64,000 nt of DNA from Cenococcum geophilum (Eukaryota), in the NCBI GenBank assembly GCA_050273025.1, contig CP158635.1, positions 23,870,001-23,934,000 on the forward strand. Direction: 5' to 3'. The notes under the pieces were generated by a model. That model was not told the DNA's origin. It saw only the letters and a program-made list of their open reading frames with translations, and made no database searches. The position numbers and the translations under genes are program-made. This document shows positions 1 to 13,100 of this stretch, in pieces. Positions within the stretch are counted from its first letter, which is position 1. Every line of letters starts with the position of its first letter.

Positions 1-1366
1 AAGGTTAGGGGGAAAATCGAGTATGAAGTTATATTTGGTATTTTGCTCCTTAACGTACCATAACTGACAAGGGGTAGACGAGTGGTGGTGGCTGTGTGCC
101 ACGGAGTATTGATTGATCGATGTTAGGCTACTCACGAAGCCTAATCCTGAACAACCTGTTTCGGACAACAAGAAAATCCAGAGTTAAGAGAGCAAGGTGT
201 ATTATAATGATAATGAATAATTAAAAGTAGCTTGCAAGAAAGAGTTATGAGACCTTAATTATTGCATCTCATCAGATGGTAACGTGCGGAAACCAGATTT
301 TAAGAATTCCAAGCGGTTCCTGCTGCGACACTGCGACGGTATCATTAGGGGTATGTTGTACGGTTTAAGGTACCTGACGCAGTTCTGAGTCGTAGAGTGG
401 TATGGAACCAGGGGCTTACGAAGTAGAAATAGGCCACACCACAGCGGCCAAAGTTGTTTCAGGCAGGAAGGGGCTCTGTGACGTTCTGAGATATACGCAA
501 ACACCCTTCTCCATTCTTGTGCAAGATATCATTGTGTCGGCATAAAAAGAAGAGTTTCGAAGCATTGGGATGCTCTCATACCTCTAGTTCTTACTTTTCA
601 ACCTTGTCACGAGCGCGTGCTCGATCATGACAGTGGCAACATGAAACATCGCGAAGGGTTATGTTTCAAAGCCTTTTACACCGCTTTCACCAGGAGCAGC
701 GTAGCAGAGTTTCCGCCCCCCGACAAGTACTAAAGGGAATGTGGGCCTTGGAGAAGAAAATCTGCGTACAGAGGTACCAGGACTTTCCGTGCCTCCAGCG
801 ACCAAATGTTAATCTCCCAGTGCAGCGCATATATCACTGCTAGGTTGTTTGACTTTCATTGTCCAACGGCTAAAAATAATAATTGAAGATCGGAGCTGAT
901 TGATGAGACTCATCGTCGAAATGAGCTCAGCCTCGCTGGAGCGAAAATCCTACTCGGTTAAGGTTCGTTTCAAACACCCAGCACGAACCGCTTTGGGAAA
1001 GGCAGGGGGCCATGATTAGGTTCGGTTGTGCATCCTCTCCGCAGCTAGCGTCGTGAGGTTTAACGCCAACAGACCTGAAATTTAGTGCTGGCTATCAAAA
1101 GAAGGGCCGAAGTTGAGACTTCATCATGGGTGCTCCCGTGTGGGCTGTGTGAGGGTTGGAAATTATTGGAGGTGGCGCAGAATCTGCAGTCTCGACATCG
1201 CCCAAGTACATTTCTAAAGACCTCTCGCGACAGGATCACTGGCGGATCGGTAGCGCTGCGGACGGGAAGCCCTATATCACCAGCAGGGATATCCTGAGGT
1301 TACGGGGTTCCAAAGGCATGGATTGAAATACAGGACACTGACTACCTCCAAAATTCAACAACCTGT

Positions 1367-3926
1367 ATGAGCATCATGGAATATGGGAGAAACTATCTAC
1401 GCACAGCAGGAAAGGAAGATGATGCGATTTCTGCTCTTTCGGCACATGCACAACCATCATACCAGGCATACCATCCGAGACACTCACGCGCCTCTTCGGA
1501 AGATTCGCAATCAAGCAGGACTTCGATTGCTCTTGCGCCACTTCCACCACCACTTGAGTCGCCTGGCGGTGTAGAAGCATCGCTATTTGAGTCCAGAGCA
1601 GTGCTTTCTAGGCCCTATCAAGCACCTGTCGCCTATGAATCAGTCACGCCTTTCAGACCAGCGGAGCAACATGGACCAAAACCGGACTATGAGGCGCTTA
1701 CAAGATATGTGCAGGACAGAGAACCTCCTAGATACAGATTCAACGAACCCTTCGAGCCTCCTAGGCGAACGAAAAATCCGTGGCAACCCGGCTTGTGGGC
1801 AAGATTTCCATGGTGGGGGATGGGATCAATACTTGGTGTTATTTCTTGTACGTTGCGCTTGGCCTCATTCATTTCTTCCATCTTTCTGTATCCAGCTGGG
1901 CCTCATGCAAGGATGGTTTGAAAGACTTTAAAGAATACTAATTTAGTACAGTAACCGGATCATCTGTTGCAATTCTACTTGCAAGTAATGACAGTGCGGT
2001 TACCCATTGGCAACCGGGTAGCTACAAAGTACAACCTCAAGTTTATGTGTCAATTCTAGCCGTGCTTATGGATGCGTTGCTTGCATTTGCTCTGGCAGAT
2101 GGATTGATGATTCGGTTTTGGAGGCAAGCTACGCGTGGGACTGCGGTGAGTACAAATGCCCTGAAATATCTTGTCGAAAATCCTCACCGGTTTCATGATC
2201 TAAAACAATAAAACATCTATGCATTGTGCTAACTAGAAAAACAGCTAGGCGCACTGCATGACACGTACGAGTCCGGTTTTCTTTACGGCGCTTTGAGTCG
2301 AATGCTATGGCTCAGACTTAATGTCGTTGGAATTGGTAAATACCCTCCGAAACTCCAACTTCTATCTGCAGAACAATTTAGCAGGCGTTCTGGGAGGGTT
2401 GCAATATTCTGACCAAATACCCAATGAATAGCCTGCCTACTAGTAGCACTATCAGCCGCGCGAGGGCCTCTATTTCAACGCTCGTCCACCGTTGATGATC
2501 ACGGTCTTTACAATACTACCGGGTCCATGAATATCAGTATCGCACCATATCTATTGGCTGGGTATTTCGAAAAACTCACATCGGATGCACAAGTGGGAGG
2601 GTCTTTTACACCAGAACTATCTGCGGTAGTCAAGAGCTTTAGTGCAGGCCTCCCTTTCCCCTATACATCTACGGGCTGTGGGGACTACTGCATGGCCTCG
2701 GTCAAGGTATGCTCCATAATGCAATAATTCTTCATAGCCATTGTCTGACCACTAAGCTGGAACAGGGTTTTGGCTTTAAGGTAAATTGCTCAACCAGCGA
2801 ACGATCATTCGACCTTCTCTCCTTGCCAGACGACTGTAATTCGTGTTCAAACAAAGCCTGCACCACACGCTGTGCCAATCTTGCTCGATCGCAATACAAC
2901 GCCAACGTCTTCTCAGTTAGCTATGACACCAACGCCGCATATACTCCCAGTCCTCAAGACCAGGCGTTGACACTGATGAGTGTCTTTAAGGCAGACTCTA
3001 ACTGCGAAGGGAATATACAAATGCATAGCTGTTCCCTGTACCAGGGGATAGTTAAATACCCCGTTATTCTAGCTAATAGGACCATTCAATTGCAAGAACA
3101 GCAGAGCAAGAGTCAGTACTGGGATAATAGCATCTCCCTTGACGAAGCATTCATGGAAAAATACTGGCCTACGCTCTTCTCAAGCCTTTTCCCTCCTATC
3201 TCTATCAATGTCTCTGCAAGCGAAGACATGTTAACACTAGACTATACAAAGTGTGTCACGCCATCCACCGGCAGCTGGGCTACAGCTCAGAACAGCAACA
3301 CGAGCTCCTGCTCCACAAACCCTACTTCAAACCAGAAACTTGCCTTTAATGACCTGAGCATCATCTACGCAACACCGCTGGTAGACGGAAATGGATTAGA
3401 AGCCGGCACAATGTGCAACTTGACCTGGAGAGACCCAATGCAGGACATGGTCAATACCATGCAATCTCTCGCTTTCCGCATATCAGTTGCCATGGCCACA
3501 ACTAACGACTCTGTGTTCCTTCCTGCACTAAACTCATCCGCAGTGGAAGCTTACCGGAAGAGCTGGACCCAGACTGTTTCATTCCAAGGCTATAATGTTG
3601 TTATGGTGTATAAAACGAATTCCGTCCCCGTTGGTATGGCTGTACTGGTCTCTGTGATGGGGGTATTGGCGGTGCTGCCGCTCTATAACGGATGGTGGGA
3701 GCTGGGAAGAACAGTTAGTCTAAGTCCATTGGAGATCGCAAGAGCCTTTGGCGCGCCTTTGCTAGATGGCATGGATGGGAACGCGGGAGCTCAGAACGTG
3801 GTAGTGGAGAGAGGAACATTAAGGGTGAGATATGGCGCTGTGGAACGATACGGAGAGGAGAAGAGGCTAAGGATAGAGGAGACCAGTAGGGTGCGTGCGC
3901 CCTGGCGAGGGGAGTTATTTGGATAG
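1367..3926 (+). CDS. Fungal membrane protein, DUF3176-like (5 exons: 1367-1847, 1952-2145, 2245-2335, 2432-2706, 2767-3926)
   Basis: GT-AG introns join the ORF pieces in frame: W.PG.W.RFPWWG, LLASND...W...VQPQVYVSIL, ARGPLFQRSS, GCGDYC..SVKGFGF.VNC, and C-terminal LPLYNGWWELGRTVSLSPLEIARAFGAPLL. These motifs are typical of the fungal DUF3176 family. Confidence 0.7.
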
Positions 3927-4084
3927 AAATATTATATGTACAACGCAGTGACAGCTTAATATCGGTAAGGCGCTTTTATCTATCTGTGGTCAGGCATTGC
4001 TTGTAAAATTTAGTGTATAATATAGTCTAAATAATTTATATTTAGCTTTAACCCTGGTTTTGCTTTCCTTTTCTCGTCTTAATA

Positions 4085-4431
4085 CAGTCAAAACTCTTTA
4101 TAACGATGCGGGTCGTACGGCCGACCGTATCGTAATACCAATGGTATTGTTATACATGGAGTCACGTGTTGGGTTAATAAGCAGGAAAAAGGAGGCTGAG
4201 GCGTGGCTAAGCATCCCAAAAGGGTATAGGGCATTTATTTCACGGGCTAAGTATAACCCCTCTCATACAAAATCTCTACTGGTTATAACGATTTTGGTAG
4301 AGAAAACTTAACGATATTATAAATAGTCAGTATATCGTAATATTACACCAAAAAAATTTGGATTAAGGGGTGTAGATCGTAATATGGAGTATATCGTTGT
4401 AATCAGATATCGTACTAAAGAGTTTCGACTG
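4085..4431. mobile_element. Non-autonomous Tc1/mariner-pogo-type MITE (347 bp)
   Basis: TA at 4083-4084 and at 4432-4433. Left end CAGTCAAAACTCTTTATAACGAT versus reverse complement of right end CAGTCGAAACTCTTTAGTACGAT. No coding capacity. A second decayed copy starts at about 6733. Confidence 0.85.
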
Positions 4432-4779
4432 TAAATGCGTAAAACTTAAGGCTTCTCATTTCAGGTATTAACCTAGGTAAACGTCTAGATAAGTCGAAAT
4501 ACACCTATTTGCTCGGTTGGAAACCCTATGGGCACAATGGTGCTACGAGAGTCGATATATTCCAAGCAAAACCAAAGTAGATAGCTATATAGCTGCGAGG
4601 TACAGGCCCTACCTGTAAGGCACGTGCGCTACACATGCCTAGGGAAAACCCTTCCTTACCTCGCACTTAGACACCTCCTTTTCCTTACGGTTTCGTCTAT
4701 TCTCGAAATACACCCTATTATTCTATTAATTAAGCTTCCTATTTATATCTTACCTTATATTTAAATCCTTACTAATCCC

Positions 4780-5900
4780 TATAAAAGGATAGCTGGTTTA
4801 ATTTTTTTATAATACCCCTAAAAAGAAGACTAATGCCTATACCCGATAGTAATACGCTAACAATATAACTATAAACGTCTTAGAATCTAAATTACTTTCT
4901 AAACTTTAAATAATTAGATATCTCTAAATACTAAAAACTAGTTTCACTTATATACTTAGGCCTAATATAAACTTAGTAAGGTTACTAGTGTCCTACTAAG
5001 TACTACGTACTACGCCCTATATCTTACTAGTTCCCGTTTCACTTTGCTTATAGAAGTTTCCTTATAATCGGCCGACCGTATTTTATAAAATGGGCTATAT
5101 TTAGTGTTCTTAACAAAAATCTTATTAATTTATATATTGCTATATACTTATCGTTATTAAGTAATATAGACACAAATAATATTTTATAGTAATTTAATTA
5201 AAGAAAGCCACTATAGTAGCAGAATATGCCTACTAATCCTCTAATAAAGAAATAACCACCTCTAATTAAATATATGGTATATTACACCCTAGAACTAATA
5301 TATATAGTATAGTTAAAAAGCCTGCACAATATAGGAGAGTTGTAGTAAACTTAAAGGGTAGACGCTATATAGGAGCGACGTAACTACAATAACTAAAGAG
5401 TAATAACTAGAGATAGTAAAAACTTATAACCCTCTTAAAAAATATTAAGAAAGATCTAGTAAAGGGAGAGAATAAATACCTACGCGTAGGGTAGCGCGGG
5501 TGGCTTAATAAGTAGGCTAAATCGCCTAGGAGCTTTAGATAAAGTATAATAGAAACTAAAACGCGGTAATGAATAGGCTTAAATATATTAAGAACGCTAT
5601 AAACTTATAGGGAATACTAATAATATAGGCAGTAAAGCTATTATAGGCTAATATTACTATAGTAAAAACTAGTTAGTATAATATGGTTTATATAACGAAG
5701 CCTTATAGGAAATACCACGGTGGACTTATTAATAGGCTAGGTATATAGGTATAGAATAGTCAATAATATAAATATAACTGGTAGAGTAGGTTATTTAATA
5801 GATTAACTCTAATTATATTTAAGATTTACTATAAAAAAGAGAACTATTTAGATAGGGACTGTAGTCCTTTAAATATATAATACTGCGCCTAAGAAATGTA
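4780..5900 (+). mobile_element. Heavily RIP-mutated transposon relic (possibly a hAT-like transposase)
   Basis: Very AT/TpA-rich with stops in all frames. Only faint transposase-like stretches remain after mentally reverting RIP, so the family assignment is weak. Confidence 0.3.
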
Positions 5901-6042
5901 CTAAGTATGTTAGTACGTTAGTATATATTAGTACGTTATATTTCTATATTCCCACGTTCTTACGTTTTAAACTTATAACGTAACTAGCTATGTAACTTAG
6001 CTACCCCTTATTCTATAGCTTAATTGGTTCTAGCACCTCCTA

Positions 6043-6655
6043 CAGCCTGTACGAGCTTCGGTGTCCCCCCCCCCCCGGCGCGCGCGCAACACCACACACC
6101 TAATTTCGCTACGTCTGCAGCTAAATTAGTATGCAGAGCTAGCAGGAAGGGGTGTAGTACATGGCCAGGGCTTAAGCCACGGCCACGGCCCACCTCGAAT
6201 TCGGAGCTCTGAGCTCGATTTTGAAGCTATTCTGGAGTCCCCTCCCTCACCAAAAGTCGTGATATCTGTTCTAGATCGTGGTGTTATAAAGCTTATTTCT
6301 CTTATTAATATAAGCTCCAAACGCGGGCGTATACACGCTTACTGACGCCGGCTATAAGAAGGATTTTAATAAAGGCGTACCGCCAGTCACCTATATTTAG
6401 AGCCATATTAAGGAAAGTAATGGGGTAAAACACTAAGATCTGGAGGCAATATCACGACTTTTGGTGAGAGAGAGGAGTTCAGAACAGCTTCAAATCCGAG
6501 GTCTCAATTCGAGGTAGGCCGTGGCTCAAGCCCTGGCCACGTAGTAAACCCCTTCCTGCTAGCTCTACATACTAATTTAGCTGCAGATGTAGCGAAATTA
6601 GGTGTGTGGTGTTGCGCGCGCACGGGGGGGGGGACACCGAAGCTCGTACAGGCTG
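6043..6655. mobile_element. 613-bp non-autonomous DNA element with very long (about 220-235 bp) terminal inverted repeats
   Basis: TA|CAGCCTGTACGAGCTTCGGTGTCCCC... at 6041 and ...GGGGACACCGAAGCTCGTACAGGCTG|TA ending 6657. Arms about 6043-6277 and 6437-6655 are imperfect reverse complements around a spacer of about 160 bp. Confidence 0.9.
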
Positions 6656-6732
6656 TATACTATCTTAATTAACCCGTTTATATCTCTTCTTAGTAGTCAT
6701 ACTACTATCGATATAAGGTCTGTAACAGTTTA

Positions 6733-7204
6733 TACGGCCGAGCGTATCGTTATACCAATAGTATTGTTATATAAAGAGTTACGTATTAGGTTAATAAGCA
6801 ATAAAAGTAGGGGCTTTATACTTAAAAAGGCTTAAGGCGTTTACGTTATCGGCTAAATTAGGCTCCCTCCTGTATAAAATCTCTACTGGTTATACCGATT
6901 TTAGTAAGAGAGACTTAACGGTATTATTAAAAGTTATAATATCGCAATATTATACCAAAAACACTTTAATTGTCACAGTACGTGCCGACTGTCAAGGTAC
7001 GAGGTATGAGGTGACTGTATATCATTGATAAACGATGTCGTGTAAGGATCTATGTAGGAGGTGAGGCGGTATATATACACGCTGCTCAGGGGTCAGGTCT
7101 ATGCTCGTGTCATGACAACACTGAGTTATAACAACGTGTTAGGTCAGTGCCGTGACATTAATTAAGGGACGTAGGTCGTAATATAGAGTATATTACTATA
7201 ATTA
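6733..7204. mobile_element. Second, RIP-decayed copy of the 4085-4431 MITE family (interrupted by a solo LTR and a LINE; resumes at about 20682-20694)
   Basis: TACGGCCGAGCGTATCGTTATACCAATAGTATTGTTATA... aligns with TACGGCCGACCGTATCGTAATACCAATGGTATTGTTATA... of copy 1 and continues through AAAATCTCTACTGGTTATA and TAAGGG...GTCGTAATATAGAGT. Confidence 0.75.
6971..7157. mobile_element. Solo LTR (187 bp), Gypsy-related
   Basis: Ends are TGTCAC...GTGACA, flanked by 5-bp TSD TTAAT (6966-6970 and 7158-7162). Its termini are shared with the Gypsy LTR at 61102-61288. Confidence 0.85.
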
Positions 7205-9694
7205 ATAATAATAATTCATTGCTTAACGTCCGATTCGGATCCCTATTGGGCCCACGCGGACTACTCCTTATATACATGTGGGGAGAAAACTCCATTTGAG
7301 AAAACCCCGTGATCTATCTCCCCGCCTTTTGGGACTCGCCTATAAGGCGCCTGCGAGGCGCCTGCGAGTCACCTGTGGTGTTCCTACTACCTTACTTTTT
7401 GACCTTCTTAGGAACCACTGCTGCCGTAATAAGCCTACGGACGCGCTAGTATCGCAAACTTTACTCTACTGCTGTAGAGTCATTAGAAGGCGCCCGTTAC
7501 TCGCCCCCCTACCCTTTATTATTATTTCCCTTGCAATCTAGAACTAGTTTAATATATTTTAGCTAATAAGCTACTAGGTAACCACCTTAAGGCCTTTTTA
7601 TATTAAGAGTAGTATATTATAGTTCTCTATGCTAGCTACTAAAAGTATTACTTCTTAGTTAGTGTATAAGGGGTATAATAGTATTATATATTTTAGTGTC
7701 TGTTTTAGCTAGCTATATTTATATCTTAGACTACCTACTAAGATACCTACCCGGTAGAGCCAGTTTTTTAGTTCTATTATTCCTATTCTTAAAAGTATTA
7801 CTATTATATTTTTTACCTTTATTAGGCCTTCTTAGAGCCCTAGAGTGTTTACCCCCTATAGCGTTAACTATGCTACGGCTTAGGTTCCTCTTACTTTAGT
7901 TAGCCTTTATACCTTTAACTCCTATATACCTCTTTAGTATTAGTCTAACTAGTATTATATTACGGTAGATGGTTTCCTAGCGTTTTTTTATACTCTATTT
8001 TGGCTCCTTTCTCTCTCTTACTATTATCTTTACTGACCTCTTACGCGTCTCCCTTCCTCCTCTATATAGGCCTAGGCCCTAAAGCAGTACCATTCTTCTT
8101 CTACTTTCTTTACCTATTTCTCTAATATATCTTCCCTACTTTAGGGTTATTGGTTTATTCTCCTATAGGGCGCCCTAGAGTTCCTCTATAGTTTGTTTAG
8201 GCGTATCTTAATATACTTTATAATATTAGAGTTACGTTTATTTTAGGCCCTTTATATTATAGCGGCTTTAATATATAGTTATAGGGGGGGAATATTAGCT
8301 TCCTTTTTAAGTAGTGCTGTAGCCGTTTGCTTATATCCGCCTATTATACTCTAGAGGTAGGCTATTTAGACCTTTTAGAGTAGTTTAAGGAGTAACTTAG
8401 GGGGGCCTTTTTTAGATTCTCTAATGGCCTAAACACTAGACCTATACGTTATGGTTGGCCAGACAACTGCTATATATAGTAGGCGTAACCTCTAGAAGCA
8501 TAGGCCCTATATAAAATTAACGATCTTAGATAATATAATATACTATACTTAGCCCTTATAGGCCGCTTATGCCGCATATACGCTCTACTAGAGCTTACTA
8601 TCTACCTATACTCCTAATACCCTTAGGCCCTAAATTAGTTAACCTCTAAAGCCTTAGATACGGATTATATACTAAAGATCTATAGATTAGTTACGTTTTC
8701 TTATAAAATAGATTAGCTAGTATTTCTCTAGTAAGAATTAGACTCTATATTGTCTTGCCTATTCTATATAGGTGTTATAAGCTTTCTCTAGCATTCTGCA
8801 GTTCTTTACGGCTAATGGCCCATATATAATTAGGTTTGTGTTATTAATAAAGCCTATCCCCTAGGTTGCCCCTTCCTTAAAGGAGTTAAGCAGGTTACTT
8901 ATAAAGAAAAGGAAGAGTATAGGCGAGAGGGGTAATCCTTATAGTATTCCTATTATAACTATAATATGGGGGCTCTGGTATCTGCTAAAGATTAGTAATA
9001 TTTCTTTCTAACCTATAAACCCTTAAATAAATTATACAATCTATTCTAGGAAGCCTTTTGCCCTAAAGATATATAGGAGACGCTTACAGGGTACGTTATT
9101 ATAGGCGCTACTAATATCTAGGCTGAGCATTAATACTATAAAGTCCCTTCGCATCGCCTATACAGATTTAATGGTGGTAGTAAGTAGCGTAAGTGCTAAT
9201 AGTGTTAAGCGGTTCTTTCTTGCCCCTATTTAGCTCTATAGTAGTAGGGTGTGTTCCTTAGCCGTATCTGCTATATGGTCCGCTATTACCTTTTCTAAGA
9301 TCTTACTAAGGGTATTTTCTAAGGCAATAGGGCGGTAGCTTCCTAGGATTAAGTAATCTGCTTTACCTTTTTTTTATAGAATAACTATTATTATAGATCT
9401 TCCGAGTTATAGGTAGTAGCCTATAGCAAAGTATACTCTAGCTATATCTATAAGCTAGGGTGCTATAAGTGGTCCATAGGTCTTTAAGGCCTTATTTAGA
9501 ATCCTATTTAGACCTAGTACTATATTATTTAAAAGGCGGCTAATAGTTCTGGCTATTTCCTCTATTATTATATCGCTATTAACCCATAGGCAAGTTACTA
9601 GTGCTTTACCTGTGATATTACTAAGGTCTACTAGAGCCAGTTAGGGAAAGAACCTCTTTATAAGGATCTTTACCTTCTTATTATTATTATTAGT

Positions 9695-10119
9695 TATTAC
9701 AGACGCTTTAAGTACGATGTTATAACTACTAGGAGAGGAGTTAAAAGAAGCTAGTTAGTTAATCTAGGCACGGTCTAGAATGGAGTCGGTAGAACTATAT
9801 AACAAGGAATAGTAACCAAGGTCACGTAAGGTGATCTGTATAATCTATAGGATCTATATAATCCGCGATAGAGCAGATAGAGCACACGTACATTATATAT
9901 AAGAAGGATTTCATAGGAGTACGGTTGTATATTTAAGGACCCTTAGTCCCTACCTAGATAGTTCCTTCCTTATAGTAATTCTCAGAATATAATTAGAGTT
10001 AATCTATTGGGCAACTACTTTACCAGTTATTATTACTTGCTAACCTCTATACTTATATTACCTATATACCTAGCCTAATAATAAGCCCACCGTAGTTCCT
10101 ACTATAAGGTTCCGTTATA
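9695..10119 (+). repeat. 5' LTR of Gypsy element (425 bp)
   Basis: Direct repeat of 17209-17601; termini RIP-altered (TATTACAG...CCGTTATA). Confidence 0.9.
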
Positions 10120-13100
10120 CAATTATTACCTAGTTATGGTATTAAATATAGAGAGTTAAGCAACATGCCACTAAAAGCAGCCACTACGACGCTATTAACG
10201 GCGGTAAATACTTTAAGGTTAGGTAACAACACCAGTATAACAGACACTAACTCACAGCAACCTATAACGGTTAGACAGCTATAAGAGATAGTTGACCAGT
10301 TAACAGAAAATAATATAACGTTAGAAAATAGGATTAATGGGATAGGCGCAGTAAAGGTTAAGTTACTATTAATTAAAAGGTACTTAGGAGAGAGATTAAA
10401 GCTTAAAGGATTCCTTACATAGATATACTTTAAGGTTATATAGGAGGGAGCAAAACTAGCAACACCTATAGATCAAATAGCGTATGCAGAATTGTTCTTA
10501 ATAAGAAGAGCACTTAAATGGTTTAAGCCTTACCTTATAGAAATCCAGGTAAATGGAATAACGACTACAAACCAAGAGGTACAGTTTATGTTCTTAAGCT
10601 GGAATAGATTTATAGAGCAACTTACCTAGATATTTAGAGACCCGGAGGCAATAACTATAGCAAAGAGGAAACTCCAAGACATTACGTAATAAACCTTAGT
10701 AATTAAGTATACAACGCAGTTCTAAACGTTAGCGATATAAGTAGAGTGAAATAATAGGGCGCTTATGGCATAGTATAAATAAGGACTTAAGGCTAAAGTC
10801 CAGGACGCGATTATCCTAATAGAAGATGCGGACACCCTAAGGGAACTAATAGATTAAGTGATTAAAATTAATAATTGGATCTACTAAAGGGAATAGGCTA
10901 AGAAAGGCTAGGATAGAGTTCTACAGTTATATAAGGCGTAAAGTACGCAATAACAAAAGCTAAGTTAAAAACTATAGTATAGCGCAGAGCTAATAGACCT
11001 AAGTGGTACTAAAGAAGCCTATAAGAGATGGAGTAAGAAACCGTAGAAACCCAGAGGATAAGGATTAAGTAATTAAAGGTCTAAGGAGCAGAGGCCAAAT
11101 TAGGAATCTTAGTAGCAGAAGACATTTAGGCAGACTCTACAGTAAGAAAAATGGTTTAAAGAGGGAGCTTGCATAAATTGCGGGAAATAGGGTTATTACA
11201 TTAGAGACTATAGAAGTAGGCAGAGTTACTATATAGTAAAAGGCACGAGACTAGCAGACGATATATATATATAGAGGGATAATAATATGCTATAAGGAAT
11301 GAAAGAATGTTTAATTAAAAGTTTTGCGTTTTATTATAATAACGCATACCAAATTCATAAGGACGCTAAGTACGGCGCAAGCTATTAGCTATAAGAGCTA
11401 GTACCTATAAAATACAGAGGAACCAATAAACTAGCTCGCAGATTAGATATTAAGGACAATAGTTTTAACGTAGGCGAAGTATTTTATAACGATAAGGTAA
11501 TAAGGGCAGCTTACTAAAAGCATGCAGACCTAAGAGATATCACACTAAAGGTAGAGGATGATTCTACTATAGAATAGGGAACATTAGTAGGGATCGAGAC
11601 CCCACTAGACACGATGTCTATTACTTCGCAAGACGTAAGAGAAGTAGGACAGCGAACTACTTCGGCACTTGGTAAAGGCAAAAGGCTAAAGGCTTAAGAT
11701 TCTTAAGACGAGATAAGGTAAGCTTAAGGACCTATAATAGACAATAACCGATGGAGTAGAGTAACGACTTAGTTTAGTAATATATGAATAAGCTTAGGAC
11801 GAAGTTTCCTAAAGGCATAAGACTCTTAAGACGAGATAAGTGAGATTTAAGATTCTTAAGATAAGATAAGAACACTAAGTAAGCCTAGTTAGACTAAGGC
11901 TAGAGTAAAGCTTAAGACAGAAGCAAGCTTAGGATTAAGAATCTAAAGGGGTTAAGAATTTGGAGTATAAATAAGGATACCTATAAGGCAAAAGGCTTCT
12001 TTACAGATTAGAAAATCTGTAGTATAAACAGTAATTAGACTGGGAGATAAATATATAGACTTAGAAGATTTACTAGTAGAATATAGTATTCGGACTAAAG
12101 ATCGAAAAGTTAATGCTAAGATTAAGAAGTAAGAGAACTTTAAGGATTAGAACGTAAGACGTAAACTAAAAGAAACTATAGAGAAGTTTAGATAAAGAAT
12201 CATTGTATAGTAAAAATAGAAACTAAATAAGAGATTTAGTACATTGGGACGTATAAAGGACAGAGCACTAGTATAAAGAATCACTAATAGGCCTAGGGTA
12301 GGCATACTAAGAGCTAAGTAGCTTACTAAACTGGAAGATAAAGAGGATCTAGGGATCCCTATTAGGTTTAAAAAACGATATATAAAAGGCTGTTATAATA
12401 CAGTAATAAAAAGATACTTCCTTATAGATAAGCTGTATATACTCTAGCAGCTATACTAAAAGTGGTATAGATAAAGGCATAACGATAAGTGGGAAGATTT
12501 CTATATATAGCTGGATGAAAAAGTTATCTAAGATTACCTAATTATAGAGAAGGCTATGACGCATATTAAAGGAGCCTTAATTATAACGTTAAAGGATTTA
12601 GAGGAACGGTTAGAGGACTAGAGAAGCGAGAGGCGTATTTTAGTACCTATAAATAAAGCTGTAATGTTTAGATTAGTATAATAAAGGTTTAAACTTAAAG
12701 ATAAAGATAAGTTAAGAGTTAACCTAAAGCACCCGGTATACTATACGCTATTATAGATTGCATACGTAGATAATATATATAAGATGCATAAGAATCCAAA
12801 GGAAAAGAATTAGAAATATCTTATAAGAATATATTAGATAACGAATAAGCAATAATATAGGAATGCTAAATATATATATAGATGGCATCCAGCAGAAGTC
12901 TAAGAGGAAGAAAGTTTAGTACTTTAACTAGAAAGATTCCTTATAGAAGAATACTTAGACGGATAATAGTAGTGGGAATGCTTAAAGAATATATATCTAT
13001 AGTATATTAAAGATAAAAAACGAACTAAACACTAGCTGAAGAGTAAGCTAAGTATATAAGGATTAAGTAGCTAGTAATTAGGAAAAGTAGAGGCCTATAG

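Noticed and set aside
259..1297. Short ORFs at the window start (259-504, 661-843, 1085-1297)
   Set aside because: No recognisable motifs or convincing splice structure; may be UTR, intergenic DNA or a decayed gene.
11694..11870. Short direct repeats that superficially resemble a CRISPR array
   Set aside because: Irregular spacing, located inside a Gypsy coding region of a eukaryote, and no cas genes.
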